Notes under the pieces: generated by a model | The model's input: only the letters and a program-made list of their open reading frames with translations | What the model was told of the DNA's origin: nothing | Database searches by the model: none | Part shown: piece by piece, positions 20,716-31,474 of the stretch | How positions within the stretch are numbered: the first letter of the stretch is position 1 | Layout: every line of letters starts with the position of its first letter | Translations under genes and position numbers: made by a program | NCBI GenBank assembly: GCA_019721075.1 | Contig: JAHEAD010000001.1 | Coordinates: forward strand, 248,001 to 312,000 | Reading direction: 5' to 3' | Source of the DNA: Candidatus Sysuiplasma jiujiangense | Lineage (GTDB): Archaea; Thermoplasmatota; Thermoplasmata; Sysuiplasmatales; Sysuiplasmataceae | Length of the DNA stretch: 64,000 nucleotides

Positions 20716-22656
20716 CTATTTCTGCCTGATTGTGTCGAGGTCAAACTGTTTTATCGTATAATTCCTGGGGCTGGAGAATGGTCTGAAATATCTGCCGTTT
20801 CCCTTGTAAAATTTGGAGAAGAATTCCACATAAAGCAGACGCGCTCCCTGTATACCCGATTCAAATACAGCTATGATCAGGTTGAACATCTGGCCGACGA
20901 CGACGATTATTATGCCCACCGGTATAAGCAGCGGATTGGTCTTTATAACGCTCAGTGATATGTTGATGACGCTAGCCAGTATAACGGACGCAAGGAGTAT
21001 TCCGACTATCCTTGTGTACGACAGAATGTGACTTATTATTGAGGGTATTTCCATTGCTCCCATTGTCCCCTCCGAAGCAATGATCGTTATTCCTCCCGCG
21101 ATTATGAGTGCCACCGGAACCGATGTGGAAACGTTCGAGAAACTGATTGGGATCCTGTGTAGCAGATTTAAACCGAAAACAGCTATCCCCCACGCAAACG
21201 CAAGCCAGCCGAATTTTGCTATTATTCCCTTCCTGTGTCCCAGCGTGTGTTCGTTTATTGCTCCAAGAATGAGCCCGAAAGAAACAATGCCCAGGCCAAT
21301 GTACCCGGAAACAAGAAGCAGTTTGGCGAGACCGGGTTCAACGCCAAATACCGTGAACGGAAGAACTGCAAAGCCAAAAAATTCATTGAAGAGGAGACCG
21401 ACGGCTATGGCAACTATCGAAGATGGAATCAGCGCTTTTGCGAGTGTCCTGAGCGCGTTTGGACCCATTATCATAAGGACGAAGCGACTCAGAAACCTCG
21501 GAATATGGCTCTTAGCTACCGGATGGTCAAGCCTGTGTATGATAAAGAGTGATATCAGGAGTATTGCAAGCCCGTATCCCCAGTCTCCAACCATGAGCCC
21601 GAAAAACAGAGGAAAGACAATTGCAAAGACCAGAGTAGGGTCGATCTCGTACTCCTTTGGGAGTGAGTAGAACCTTATGAAAAACTCGAACAGTCTGATG
21701 TGCCTGGAGTTCCTGAAGAGCGTCGGAGGCTCTTCATCTGTGTTTATTTGTGACAGTATGACATTGCCTCCTGACGCCTCCTCGAGCACTTCAGAGAGCA
21801 AACTGTAGTGCCTTGCCGGTATCCATCCTTCCAGAACAAATACAGACTTTGTTCCGGAAAGCTTTTCGGAGACTTCATATTTCTTGACTTCTATCTCCAG
21901 CTGTTCCCTTATCTGGGCTATTGGCGAATAGTATTTCTCCGAAATCTCGTTGAGCCGATTTGAAATCTTTTGCAGCTCCGATTTCTTATCCGCAGTCAGT
22001 CTTTTCGTGTTTTCAATGAATGCTTCCGGCATTCCTTCCATTGCGGGGATGGAAATAAGTTCAAAACTGTTCTCATTCGCAATCTTACCGAGATCTCCTA
22101 CCTTTCCAGCAGGGACAGCAATCAGGCTGGAACCATCGGGCAGCGCCTTTATGACGGCGTCTGAAATCGTGGCTCTCACCATCCCTCCTACGTCCACTTC
22201 TTCCTTCGTGCTTGCTATGAAGCTCGTAAAACTGCTGCCGCTGAAAACCGAAAGGTCATAATCAATGCCGGACAGCATTTGAGCGATATCCCGCCTGTTT
22301 TCCAGATCACGAAGTTCGGCATTGATGCCGTTCTCCCTCTCCCTTAGATGCTTTATTTCTTCATCAATGTCTATTGAGGAGGCTGCGCCTAACAGTTCCT
22401 GTATGGACTGAAAGAACTTCCTGTCATTCACTCTTTTCCGTGGAAGCGCATTTTCGAGCCCCCTGAATCTCAGGAGTTCTCTGCTGAGCATCTCATAACT
22501 CTCGGTAGCCTCGTTTCTGCTTAGGTACGGGGAGGCATCATCTCCAACCTCTTCGAGTTGCATAATACCGATATCATGCAGCGCAGTAATCACTGTCTTC
22601 CTTGCGCTGTTTGAGCCTATAACCCTGATTCTTATGATCTTTTCAGATCTCAGCAC
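20716..22656 (-). CDS. atpI: A/V-type ATP synthase subunit I
   Basis: EGWIP, EIDPT, GDWGYG, LSYTR and RLLYVEFFSKFY motifs. Confidence 0.95.
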   Translation of the reverse strand: MLRSEKIIRIRVIGSNSARKTVITALHDIGIMQLEEVGDDASPYLSRNEATESYEMLSRELLRFRGLENALPRKRVNDRKFFQSIQELLGAASSIDIDEEIKHLRERENGINAELRDLENRRDIAQMLSGIDYDLSVFSGSSFTSFIASTKEEVDVGGMVRATISDAVIKALPDGSSLIAVPAGKVGDLGKIANENSFELISIPAMEGMPEAFIENTKRLTADKKSELQKISNRLNEISEKYYSPIAQIREQLEIEVKKYEVSEKLSGTKSVFVLEGWIPARHYSLLSEVLEEASGGNVILSQINTDEEPPTLFRNSRHIRLFEFFIRFYSLPKEYEIDPTLVFAIVFPLFFGLMVGDWGYGLAILLISLFIIHRLDHPVAKSHIPRFLSRFVLMIMGPNALRTLAKALIPSSIVAIAVGLLFNEFFGFAVLPFTVFGVEPGLAKLLLVSGYIGLGIVSFGLILGAINEHTLGHRKGIIAKFGWLAFAWGIAVFGLNLLHRIPISFSNVSTSVPVALIIAGGITIIASEGTMGAMEIPSIISHILSYTRIVGILLASVILASVINISLSVIKTNPLLIPVGIIIVVVGQMFNLIIAVFESGIQGARLLYVEFFSKFYKGNGRYFRPFSSPRNYTIKQFDLDTIRQK

Positions 22657-22657
22657 A

Positions 22658-22981
22658 TCATTCACCCAGGTACTCAAGTATGAGGTTGCCGACCATCTTC
22701 TCTATTTCCCTTGCCGTAATTTTAAGTTTTATGCCTTCAGCCCTTCTCTTCGCCTCTTCAATAATGGAATTGCATTTCTCCAGCACCTCGCGTCTCTTCT
22801 TCTCGATTGCATCTTTGTATTCGTTTCTTGTCTTCAGTATGACTTCGTCCACTTTTGACTGGAGCGACTTCTTTAGAATCTCTAACTCCTCCTCTTTCTG
22901 TCGCTGCAGTTCCTGCAGTTCCTTTTCAACTGCTGTTTCCCTTTCCCTGATGGTTTTCAGTATCTCTATGTCGCCCGTAAT
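22658..22981 (-). CDS. atpH: A-type ATP synthase subunit H (probable non-canonical ATT start)
   Basis: Charged coiled coil between atpD and atpI. The frame is open to 22981 with no ATG/GTG/TTG until 22852. Confidence 0.75.
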   Translation of the reverse strand: MTGDIEILKTIRERETAVEKELQELQRQKEEELEILKKSLQSKVDEVILKTRNEYKDAIEKKRREVLEKCNSIIEEAKRRAEGIKLKITAREIEKMVGNLILEYLGE

Positions 22982-23155
22982 TTAAAACACCCTTGCCATG
23001 ATAAACAAAGTTATTGCAATCGCAATTACCGGATTGAGCACGAAGGTCGCAGTCCTTATCCGGACGAATGTCCTGAGTCTTCTGTTCTTCCTGAGCATTT
23101 CAGTCGTGATTCTGACTTCTGGATAGAAATGTCTTGCTTTGTATTTCAGTTGCAT
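22982..23155 (-). CDS. 57-aa membrane microprotein inside the ATPase operon
   Basis: MQLKYKARHFYPEVRITTEMLRKNRRLRTFVRIRTATFVLNPVIAIAITLFIMARVF. It fills the atpD-atpH gap exactly, with no intergenic bases. Confidence 0.7.
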   Translation of the reverse strand: MQLKYKARHFYPEVRITTEMLRKNRRLRTFVRIRTATFVLNPVIAIAITLFIMARVF

Positions 23156-23803
23156 TCAAGCAGCCTCCGCAGTCTCTTCCCTCATTACCAGTTTCTTCTT
23201 AATTACTTTGAGTGTCGTGAATGTGTCTCTCTCGATCTCATCGAGTCTCATTCTAATCATCTTTGCCGCTGCGCTCAGCTGTGGAATGAGCATGTTCTCA
23301 ATTGCGTTCGACCGTCTTTTTGTCTTGTCTATCTCCTGAAGAAGTCTTCTCATTGCATTCTCCTTTTCCGCAATTTCGATCATGGATGAAAAAACCTTTT
23401 CGAACTGTTTGATCGCATCGTTGACTGCCGAAGGAACAGATGTCGCTCTGTAGAGTGGGGTAAGCACAGTTGTTCCAGCTTTGAAGGAAACTTGCGGCAC
23501 CCTTACACCCATGACATTCTTTGCTCCCACTCCGACGTTGAAATTTGCGGACATCTGCGCAACTCTTTCAATTTCCATCGCACCGTTGATCAGTTCAGCC
23601 TCCCTGACCGAAGCGATGGCTCTTCCGACATCGTCTCTAAGGTTTTCTCTCAGTCCTCTGATCGTCCTGCTGATATTGAAAAACTCCATTACGAGTGCGT
23701 TCCTCTTCATTTTGAGCAGATCCAGACCTCTCTTTGCAAGCCTGATTCTCCTGTTTGTTCGAATGAGCTCAATCCTTGTGGGCTTGATCTGCTGTGCAGG
23801 CAA
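23156..23803 (-). CDS. atpD: A-type ATP synthase subunit D
   Basis: PTRIEL, LLKMKR and TKRRSNAIE motifs. Confidence 0.95.
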   Translation of the reverse strand: MPAQQIKPTRIELIRTNRRIRLAKRGLDLLKMKRNALVMEFFNISRTIRGLRENLRDDVGRAIASVREAELINGAMEIERVAQMSANFNVGVGAKNVMGVRVPQVSFKAGTTVLTPLYRATSVPSAVNDAIKQFEKVFSSMIEIAEKENAMRRLLQEIDKTKRRSNAIENMLIPQLSAAAKMIRMRLDEIERDTFTTLKVIKKKLVMREETAEAA

Positions 23804-25192
23804 TCATGACCCCCTCCATTTTCCGTATTTGCCTATGAATTCCTTCTTTACTCTCTTCATTTCCGTTTCTGGAAGCACGCTGAGCAGTTCCCAACCCAGA
23901 TCCAGTGTTGTCTCAATGGATCTGTCTTCATAAACACCCTGCCGGACGAATCTGTCTTCGAATTCATCGGCGAATTTCAGGTATAGCCTGTCGTTGGCCC
24001 CCAGTGCCTCTTCACCGACTATCGCACTCAGAGAACGCAGGTCCTTTCCGTTTGCATAGGCTGAATAAAGCTGATCTGCCACTCCCCTGTGATCTTCTCT
24101 CGTTCTCCTGGAGCCTATTCCCTGGTTCATCAGTCTGGACAGCGAGGGCAGGACGTCGATAGCGGGATATATCCCCTTCCTCTGCAGGTCTCTGCTTAGA
24201 ACGGTCTGACCTTCGGTTATGTATCCTGTCAGGTCCGGTATCGGGTGCGTAATGTCGTCTCCGGGCATCGTCAGTATCGGTAACTGTGTTATTGAGCCAT
24301 TTTTCCCTCTTATCTTGCCGGCGCGTTCATATATGGTGCTCAGATCAGTGTACATGTAGCCGGGGTAGCCTCTCCTCCCGGGCACTTCTTCCCGGGCAGC
24401 CGAAATTTCTCTCAGAGCTTCACAATAGTTTGTCATGTCCGTAAGGATGACGAGTATGTGCATTTCTCTCTCATAAGCAAGGTACTCGGCTGTAGTCAGA
24501 GCGACCTTGGGAAGGATTATCCGCTCCATTGAAGGATCCGATGAGAGATTGAGGAACAGTACAGCTCTGGAAAGCGCCCCTGTGTTCCTGAACTCATTTA
24601 TGAAGTAATTTGCCTCCTCACTTGTTATTCCCATTGCGCCGAATATCACGGCAAAGCTCTCCCCCTTTCCTATTACCTTTGCCTGTCTGGCAATTTGTGC
24701 GGCAACCATGTTGTGTGAAAGCCCTGATCCCGAGAAGATTGGGAGTTTCTGTCCTCTTACAAGCGTGTTCATTCCGTCTATTGTGGAAACGCCGGTCTCA
24801 ATGAACTCTGACGGTTCTTCACGCGAGTAGGGGTTGATCGCGTTACCAACGATCTCGATATTTTCTTTGCTGACTATCTGCGGCCCACCGTCTACTGGTG
24901 CCCCAAGACCGTTGAATATCCGTCCTAGCATTTCATCGGAGACATTAATCCGTGCCGTGCTGCCGGAGAATTTCACCTTGGTTCTGCCTATATCAAGACC
25001 CGAAGTGGCACCGAACACCTGGACTACGGCAAGTCCTTTGCCTGTATCCAGGACCTGTCCGGTCCTCGTTGTACCGTCTGCCGTGGTGATCTCGACAAGT
25101 TCATTGTATGCGGCATTCTGTACATTTTCGACAAAAAGGAGAGGTCCCGATATCTGTGATATTGACTTGTAGCTAACTCCGGGCATATTCAA
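23804..25192 (-). CDS. atpB: A-type ATP synthase subunit B
   Basis: [25 protein letters not shown] and [15 protein letters not shown] motifs. Confidence 0.98.
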   Translation of the reverse strand: MNMPGVSYKSISQISGPLLFVENVQNAAYNELVEITTADGTTRTGQVLDTGKGLAVVQVFGATSGLDIGRTKVKFSGSTARINVSDEMLGRIFNGLGAPVDGGPQIVSKENIEIVGNAINPYSREEPSEFIETGVSTIDGMNTLVRGQKLPIFSGSGLSHNMVAAQIARQAKVIGKGESFAVIFGAMGITSEEANYFINEFRNTGALSRAVLFLNLSSDPSMERIILPKVALTTAEYLAYEREMHILVILTDMTNYCEALREISAAREEVPGRRGYPGYMYTDLSTIYERAGKIRGKNGSITQLPILTMPGDDITHPIPDLTGYITEGQTVLSRDLQRKGIYPAIDVLPSLSRLMNQGIGSRRTREDHRGVADQLYSAYANGKDLRSLSAIVGEEALGANDRLYLKFADEFEDRFVRQGVYEDRSIETTLDLGWELLSVLPETEMKRVKKEFIGKYGKWRGS

Positions 25193-26937
25193 ACCTCCAG
25201 TCCAGCAACAGAATTCCTGATTTCCTCTATCAAACCCTCGTAGTACTGCTTGAATTCGCTGTCCCTGATTTCCTTCATCCTCGATATCTTTTCCCTCACT
25301 GGAAGAGATGAAAGTTTCTCCATTGTCACGCCTCTGTCAATAGCCTCGTTCTGTCTTTTTGACATCTCAATAATAGTCTTCAGCATACCGTACTGCTTGC
25401 TTGTTGAACAGAAGGAGTCGACTTCATCGAAAGCACTCTGCTGAAGGAAATCCTCACGAATCATTCTCGCAACATCAAGTATTGCTTTTTCCTTCTCCGG
25501 CAGTGCATCATATCCCACGAGCTGTACGACTTCCTGCAATTCCGCCTCTTTCTGAAGTATCCCCATCGTGTCAGAGTATACTGATTGCCAGTCCCTGGAC
25601 ACATTTTCTTCATACCATCTGGACAGCTCCAGCTGGTAAAGAGAGTAGCTGTTCAGCCAGTTGATCGAAGGAAAGTGTCTCCGTGAGGCCAGAGAGGAAT
25701 CAAGCGCCCAGAAGACCCTTGTGACGCGTAAAGTGTTTTGTGATACAGGCTCAGATACGTCGCCTCCGGGTGGAGAAACCGCTCCGACTATCGTCACTGA
25801 GCCGTATCTCTCGTCAGGTGAAACAACTCTGGAACTCCCTGAGCGTTCATAAAATTCCGAAACTCTTCTGCCCAAGTATGCCGGATAACCCTCTTCACCC
25901 GGCATCTCTTCAAGTCTCCCTGAGATCTCCCTCAGCGCTTCGGCCCATCTGGATGTGCTGTCGGCCATGAGTGCAACGTCATAGCCCATGTCCCTGTAAT
26001 ACTCGGCGATTGTAATGCCTGTGTAGATACTCGCCTCCCGGGCTGCGACGGGCATGTTGGACGTATTGGCTATCAGCACAGTCCTCTCCATAAGCGGTTT
26101 CCCGCTCTTTGGGTCAAGCAGCTCAGGAAAGGTTGTTAGTATTTCCGTCATCTCATTGCCGCGTTCCCCGCATCCGACATAAACGACAACATCACTGTCT
26201 GACCACTTCGAAAGCTGGTGTTGTACGACCGTCTTTCCAGATCCGAACGGTCCTGGCACGGCAACAGTCCCTCCTTTTGCTACAGGGAAAAGGGCATCTA
26301 TTACTCTCTGTCCGGTAACAAGCGGAACAGAGGGGGGAAGTTTATTCACCACCTTCCTTGCAACTCTTACAGGCCAGTCCTGCTTCAGTCTGACCGCTAC
26401 CGGGCCCTTTTCGGTCCTGACTGATGTAAGTTCGTCTGATACTGCGTAGTCTCCTTCTTTCAGCTCGTCTATGACACCGCTAATCCCAAATGGTACCATT
26501 ATTTTGTGATTTATCAGGCTTGTCTCCTGGACTTCCCCGATAACCTGCCCTTCGCTTACTCTGTCTCCCCTCTTTACAAGTGGTTTGAATGCCCACTTTT
26601 TTGTCTCATCAAGGGGACTGGCGGAGAATCCTCTTCTGATAAAATCACCGCTCTTCTCCCTGATTATATCAAGCGGTCTCTGGATACCGTCATATATGGA
26701 TTTGAGAAGACCGGGTCCAAGCTCAACTGAAAGGGGTTTTCCCACATTCTCGACCTTCTCTCCGGGTCGCATGCCGCTGGTGTCTTCATACACCTGGATA
26801 GTCACTTTGTTTCCGGTAATTCTGATAACTTCGCCTACCAGGCCCAGATCGCCTACCCTTACAACGTCGTACATTCTGGCGTCTGAAAGGTCTTCAGCGA
26901 TAACAACCGGTCCTGATACTCTAGTAACTTTTCCCAT
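25189..26937 (-). CDS. atpA: A-type ATP synthase subunit A (no intein)
   Basis: [16 protein letters not shown] and EEGYPAYL motifs. Confidence 0.98.
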   Translation of the reverse strand: MGKVTRVSGPVVIAEDLSDARMYDVVRVGDLGLVGEVIRITGNKVTIQVYEDTSGMRPGEKVENVGKPLSVELGPGLLKSIYDGIQRPLDIIREKSGDFIRRGFSASPLDETKKWAFKPLVKRGDRVSEGQVIGEVQETSLINHKIMVPFGISGVIDELKEGDYAVSDELTSVRTEKGPVAVRLKQDWPVRVARKVVNKLPPSVPLVTGQRVIDALFPVAKGGTVAVPGPFGSGKTVVQHQLSKWSDSDVVVYVGCGERGNEMTEILTTFPELLDPKSGKPLMERTVLIANTSNMPVAAREASIYTGITIAEYYRDMGYDVALMADSTSRWAEALREISGRLEEMPGEEGYPAYLGRRVSEFYERSGSSRVVSPDERYGSVTIVGAVSPPGGDVSEPVSQNTLRVTRVFWALDSSLASRRHFPSINWLNSYSLYQLELSRWYEENVSRDWQSVYSDTMGILQKEAELQEVVQLVGYDALPEKEKAILDVARMIREDFLQQSAFDEVDSFCSTSKQYGMLKTIIEMSKRQNEAIDRGVTMEKLSSLPVREKISRMKEIRDSEFKQYYEGLIEEIRNSVAGLEV

Positions 26938-26941
26938 TTAA

Positions 26942-27268
26942 TCACCTGCCAATCTCAACGCCAAGAACCCTCTTGGCAAATTTTTCTATTGACTCCTCTT
27001 CCCTTCCGCCTGGAAGTGGAATGAAAACAATAAGTGGAGAAGTGGACGTGTTCACAATGCCGATTGTCCGTGCATCCATCGACTTCCTTATATTTTCGGA
27101 AAGCATGATAAATGAATGTTTCCCCGCCGCAAGCAATTCCCTGAACTTATCAACCGCCTCAGGTCCTTCGGCAACATAGGCATCCGCTACCCCGAGCAGT
27201 CTGAATCCCAAGACAAGCTCCCTTTCGCCTACCGCAGCTATGCTGCCTGTGAAACCGCTTCCCGGCAA
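26942..27268 (-). CDS. atpF: A-type ATP synthase subunit F
   Basis: GERELVLGFRLLGV; position in operon. Confidence 0.93.
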   Translation of the reverse strand: MPGSGFTGSIAAVGERELVLGFRLLGVADAYVAEGPEAVDKFRELLAAGKHSFIMLSENIRKSMDARTIGIVNTSTSPLIVFIPLPGGREEESIEKFAKRVLGVEIGR

Positions 27269-27269
27269 T

Positions 27270-28331
27270 TCAGTAGCCTCCTGTGAGTTCCCTGATTTCA
27301 GCCTCGTTTACCCCGTATACCTTGCCCGTGACAATCGCATGCAGCACTTCCCTTTCTCTTTCTGCCTTGAGTATGAATGCGAAAACAGAACCTATTGAAA
27401 TTGACTGGGATGAAAGAATCGTAGAATATTTCTGATAGAGGGAGAGTCTCATAGACGCCTCGAATCTCTTCAGATCGGCTACCTCCTTTTCCTGTATGGA
27501 AGATTTTGAAAGCCCCGTCCGTTCGGCAAACCTGCTCATGACAGAGCCTACGCTGTTCTCATCATAAACCTGTCTCAGTGTGTCTGACTGTAGTGTTCCG
27601 TACGGTATGACATCCTCTTTCATGCTTTCAAAAGATACTGCCAAGTCTTTTGCAGTAACAAGCATCATTATGTTTCGAATGTCTACCTCCTCCCTGAAAT
27701 ACCTGATAAGCGGTCCCTCACTCCCGAGGTAGAACCTGAGGCTAGCAAAGAGCCTCCTGTAGTAAAAACGATCGAGCGCTCTGAGCATTGGAGAGACATC
27801 TCCTCCCTTCCTGTAACTGTCTATTTCCTGTAGCAGGGTTGAGCCATAGCCGTATCTGGAAAGCGTTTCAACGATAGATTCGATATCCGGCAGGGAGAGA
27901 AGCAGATTGAAATCCTCTTTTTTCATATTGCCGGCAAAGACACCGAGAGCAACATCCCTGAAGGTTACCAGAAAAGCCTCTGTCTCCTTCAGCGAATACC
28001 CCAGGAATTTTGCCGTCAGTACAGATTTAATATTCTGTATGTCCCACTTTGAAAGATATGCTCTGAGTATGTCAGTTGCGTTGGGAGGAGGGGCAAACTG
28101 TGCAATCCTGTTCCTTATCGCAAGACGTCGGTTTATCGCCATTTCGAGCAGCTCCGGATTCCTGTAGCCGGAGTAAAGCTGGTCTATGTCCTCCTTGTAT
28201 GACCTTGACGATAACGACCTTGTTATACCTTCGATATCCATGTCGTACAGTGATTTGATAAAACTTTCATTCAGAAATTCCGTTTGCGAGGCTTTGATTC
28301 TCCCGTAGCTCCCTGAATATGTCGAGTCCAT
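27270..28331 (-). CDS. atpC: A-type ATP synthase subunit C
   Basis: YGRIK, WDIQNIK and LDRFYY; position in operon. Confidence 0.9.
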   Translation of the reverse strand: MDSTYSGSYGRIKASQTEFLNESFIKSLYDMDIEGITRSLSSRSYKEDIDQLYSGYRNPELLEMAINRRLAIRNRIAQFAPPPNATDILRAYLSKWDIQNIKSVLTAKFLGYSLKETEAFLVTFRDVALGVFAGNMKKEDFNLLLSLPDIESIVETLSRYGYGSTLLQEIDSYRKGGDVSPMLRALDRFYYRRLFASLRFYLGSEGPLIRYFREEVDIRNIMMLVTAKDLAVSFESMKEDVIPYGTLQSDTLRQVYDENSVGSVMSRFAERTGLSKSSIQEKEVADLKRFEASMRLSLYQKYSTILSSQSISIGSVFAFILKAEREREVLHAIVTGKVYGVNEAEIRELTGGY

Positions 28332-28332
28332 G

Positions 28333-28893
28333 TCAATTTGCACCGATTCTTTCATAAAGTACCAGAGACAGTCTTTCCCTGAGATCTTTTATCAGCGTTG
28401 TCACGGTCAGATCCATTTCCATGCTTCCATCCGCAGACTCTGCAATTATTCCGCCGTAAGGATCTATATCTTTCTCTATTGTCTTTAGACCTTTCATCAG
28501 TTTTGAATCCTTTGGGCTTATCATAATTCTACAGTCTTTGCCAAGTTTCCGTTGAGCTGCATCGACCATGGCCGCTAGTATTTTCTTGTATGATGAAGAC
28601 GAACGCACATCCTTCATTGACTCAAACGCAGTCGTAAGGTATTCCTCAATCAGCGTCGATCTCTTCTCCCATATGAGTTTCCTGGCCTCTATTTCCGCGT
28701 TGGAAAGCTCCCTGTTTTCAAGCGCTCGTGAATCTTCGTCTTCCTTCTTTTTAGCGCTTTGCTCTATTTCCTTTATTTTCCTTTCAGTTTCTTTCTCGAT
28801 GGCTTCTTTCTGGGACTGATACTTTGCAATGATGGAAGCTGCTTCGTCAGACTTGCGCCGCTCAATCGACTGCAGTATGTTGTCTAGTGGCAT
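28333..28893 (-). CDS. atpE: A-type ATP synthase subunit E
   Basis: N-terminal coiled coil and GGIIAES; position in operon. Confidence 0.9.
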   Translation of the reverse strand: MPLDNILQSIERRKSDEAASIIAKYQSQKEAIEKETERKIKEIEQSAKKKEDEDSRALENRELSNAEIEARKLIWEKRSTLIEEYLTTAFESMKDVRSSSSYKKILAAMVDAAQRKLGKDCRIMISPKDSKLMKGLKTIEKDIDPYGGIIAESADGSMEMDLTVTTLIKDLRERLSLVLYERIGAN

Positions 28894-28902
28894 GGTACCA
28901 CT

Positions 28903-29133
28903 TCACAGAATATGCAGCAGCAGGATCAAACCAAGTACAAATCCCAGTATCCAAAGAGTTTCAGGTATCACAAAGAAAAACAGAACCTGCCCAAACTTCT
29001 CCGGCTTTTCAGCAATAATTCCCATGCCGGCGGCACCGATGCCCTGTTGTGCCATGCCAGTACCGATCAGCCCTCCGGCAATGGAAATTGAAGCTGCGAT
29101 TGCAAGCAAAGCGTCCTGGGTGGTTAGAACCAT
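28903..29133 (-). CDS. atpK: A-type ATP synthase proteolipid subunit K (c)
   Basis: Single helical hairpin with EKPE loop and IPET carboxylate. Confidence 0.95.
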   Translation of the reverse strand: MVLTTQDALLAIAASISIAGGLIGTGMAQQGIGAAGMGIIAEKPEKFGQVLFFFVIPETLWILGFVLGLILLLHIL

Positions 29134-29270
29134 CTATTATTCACCATTTGCCAATTTGCGCGTCTTATAAAAAACTTGCCTATGTCGTCGTTCCATTGCC
29201 AATCGTATGCAATGCGCTGGAATTCGGTTGGATGCAAAAATTTTGAAGCAGGCACTCCATTAGTCCTGTC

Positions 29271-29798
29271 ATGAATGAAAGAAGACAGTATGCCCCTAAA
29301 AGGGCTGTCTCCGGCATCAGGATAAGACATTATCGTATTGAAGATCGACCTTTTGTCGTCCACTGTCTTGTAGAATCGCAGCAATACATTTCCTCAATTG
29401 ACAATTTTTCCCTGTGCATTCTCAGGAAACGGTACGGCGAGAACATGATGGAGATGCTGATATCAGGCCTGCGGGAAGGCGGCTGCATCCTTATTGCCGA
29501 AATTCAAGGAAAAAATGTGGGAATGATATCAGCATCTGTGCATAATCCGTCAGCATTGGAAGTTATTGAAATGGCCAGCATAAAGCGGGGAGTCATAACT
29601 GAGCTATTTGTTGAAGCGGATTACAGGGGAAAAGGAGTGGCAATCCGGCTTATCGAGGAGGCGGAACGTTGGCTTAAATCGAATTATTGCCAACTGTCAT
29701 TTCTCAACGTTCTGTCGGGAAACGGCAGGGCCCACAGCCTGTATTCCCATCTCGGATACAAGGAATATGAGCTGATTATGATGAAGAGACTGAGTTAA
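29271..29798 (+). CDS. GNAT family acetyltransferase
   Basis: LFVEADYRGKGVA and AHSLYSHLGY motifs. Confidence 0.9.
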   Translation: MNERRQYAPKRAVSGIRIRHYRIEDRPFVVHCLVESQQYISSIDNFSLCILRKRYGENMMEMLISGLREGGCILIAEIQGKNVGMISASVHNPSALEVIEMASIKRGVITELFVEADYRGKGVAIRLIEEAERWLKSNYCQLSFLNVLSGNGRAHSLYSHLGYKEYELIMMKRLS

Positions 29799-29834
29799 AA
29801 ACGTTAAAAACCAACATATAAAGATCGCAGGGTT

Positions 29835-31316
29835 TTAACCTGAAGAGCGGATTTCCTGCCCGCTTTCCATCCTTCTTTCAGCTCTGTGGAAATCGCTGAA
29901 ATTGACAACACCCATGTTAAGGCTTGAAAGTTCAATCACAGGCATTTTTGCAGGTATTGGCGTTATGTTTTTCATCTTCTGGTATGATGTCTGTGACTGC
30001 CAGGTGCTTCCGCTTATAAGCTTGACCCCCCTGTAATCCGAGAGACCATAGGAGTGTATGTGCCCTGTCACGAAAATGTCTGGCACCTCGTCAATCACAA
30101 GGTAGTCCTTGTGCTCAGGTGCAAGCGGCGTCTTTTCGCCATATACGGGTGCCAGGTGCCTCCTTTTTAAAAGCTCAACCATGGTTTCGATCGGTTTTTC
30201 CCATGTGAGGCCGGGAATGCTGCTTATTATGTCATCGAAACTCCGTCCGTGATAGGAAAGGACTTTCCTTCCTTCGATATCTATGGTCGATGGATTTCCT
30301 ACAAAGGTAACATCATTTCCGAAAAGTTTTCTGATATCGGAATGAAACGTCGGCTGAGGTTCAGCCGGTCTTACGGCGTCATGATTGCCAGGCATGAGTA
30401 TTATCCTAATCCAGTCAGGCAACTCCATAAAGTATTCTGAAACACGCTGATATTGTTCGTAGACATCGCTTATTTCAAGATCATCTTCCTGGTCGGGATA
30501 TACACCAATCCCATCGGCCAGATCGCCTGAAACAATCAGATAGTTTATTTCTCTCGCCTCTGGAGAATGCTTCAGCCACTTCAGCAGATCTGTCCACTCT
30601 GTGCGTAAAAATGTCTTACTGCCCACATGCGTATCTGAAAGCACCGCTACCCTGGATGTCGTGTCTAAATCATCTCTTTCCCTGTTGAATGGAACGTCCG
30701 GTCGTATCACCGCAGTTGCAATGATCATTTTTCTGTCTCTGCTCAACCTGCCGTGTATGCCGATAACCTCATCCTTAAGGACTGTGTCGAAACCCTTCTC
30801 TTTCATCAGTAGGACTGTGCATCTCTCTTCTTCGTCTTCAATTTCAAGAAGTCTGTGTCCGTTCCTTGTCGTTTTTACGGAGTTTACAATTCCTATGGTC
30901 CTCGCGTCCCTGTTTACATGCAGAATTCTGGAGATTGGAATTGCTCCTGCCATATCTGTTCGCCTAAGGAGAAGCTTTCTCAGCGACCGAAAACGATCCG
31001 TAAAATATTTGCCAAAATCCTTTACATTGCCGGTCGTTGTGCTGTTTCCGGTAATGTCCCTTAGCACATTGGGAGACGGCTGCTTCGAGTTTATCCTTCC
31101 GACTGTTTCCGGCGACTTCTTCTGCTGCACAGCTGGATGACTATCCAGGAGCATTTCTGCTGTGATGACAAGAGGAGGCGTCTCACTGGCGTCAAGAAGT
31201 CTGCCGAGTTTAAGAACGCCGTCGTTCCGCATACTGAGTCTGCTCAGCGCCTCGGGATCCAGCAAAACTCCCTTATCCGCAGCAAGTTTTAGCAACTGCT
31301 CTCGTAAAGAATTCAT
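29835..31316 (-). CDS. polD1: DNA polymerase D small subunit (DP1)
   Basis: OB fold plus calcineurin-like SDTHVGS, GDLADG, PGNHD and GHIH motifs; RRHLAP. Confidence 0.95.
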   Translation of the reverse strand: MNSLREQLLKLAADKGVLLDPEALSRLSMRNDGVLKLGRLLDASETPPLVITAEMLLDSHPAVQQKKSPETVGRINSKQPSPNVLRDITGNSTTTGNVKDFGKYFTDRFRSLRKLLLRRTDMAGAIPISRILHVNRDARTIGIVNSVKTTRNGHRLLEIEDEEERCTVLLMKEKGFDTVLKDEVIGIHGRLSRDRKMIIATAVIRPDVPFNRERDDLDTTSRVAVLSDTHVGSKTFLRTEWTDLLKWLKHSPEAREINYLIVSGDLADGIGVYPDQEDDLEISDVYEQYQRVSEYFMELPDWIRIILMPGNHDAVRPAEPQPTFHSDIRKLFGNDVTFVGNPSTIDIEGRKVLSYHGRSFDDIISSIPGLTWEKPIETMVELLKRRHLAPVYGEKTPLAPEHKDYLVIDEVPDIFVTGHIHSYGLSDYRGVKLISGSTWQSQTSYQKMKNITPIPAKMPVIELSSLNMGVVNFSDFHRAERRMESGQEIRSSG

Positions 31317-31474
31317 CCCGACCTTAATAGCATGTGACCTACTAAAAATAGTTACAGTACTGCATCAAGCAACAATGACTAACTGTGCATATTGGTAGAT
31401 GAGTGCGAAAATAAGACCATTTTGCACGATTCTGATGTTGCATAATTCAATGCGCTGTAATAATTAAAATAAAC

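Noticed and set aside
25189..26937. Intein in AtpA at the P-loop
   Set aside because: [13 protein letters not shown] is uninterrupted and the length (582 aa) is normal.
28903..29133. Na+-specific c-ring (Q...ET motif)
   Set aside because: Only part of the ligand set is present, so ion specificity cannot be inferred by eye.
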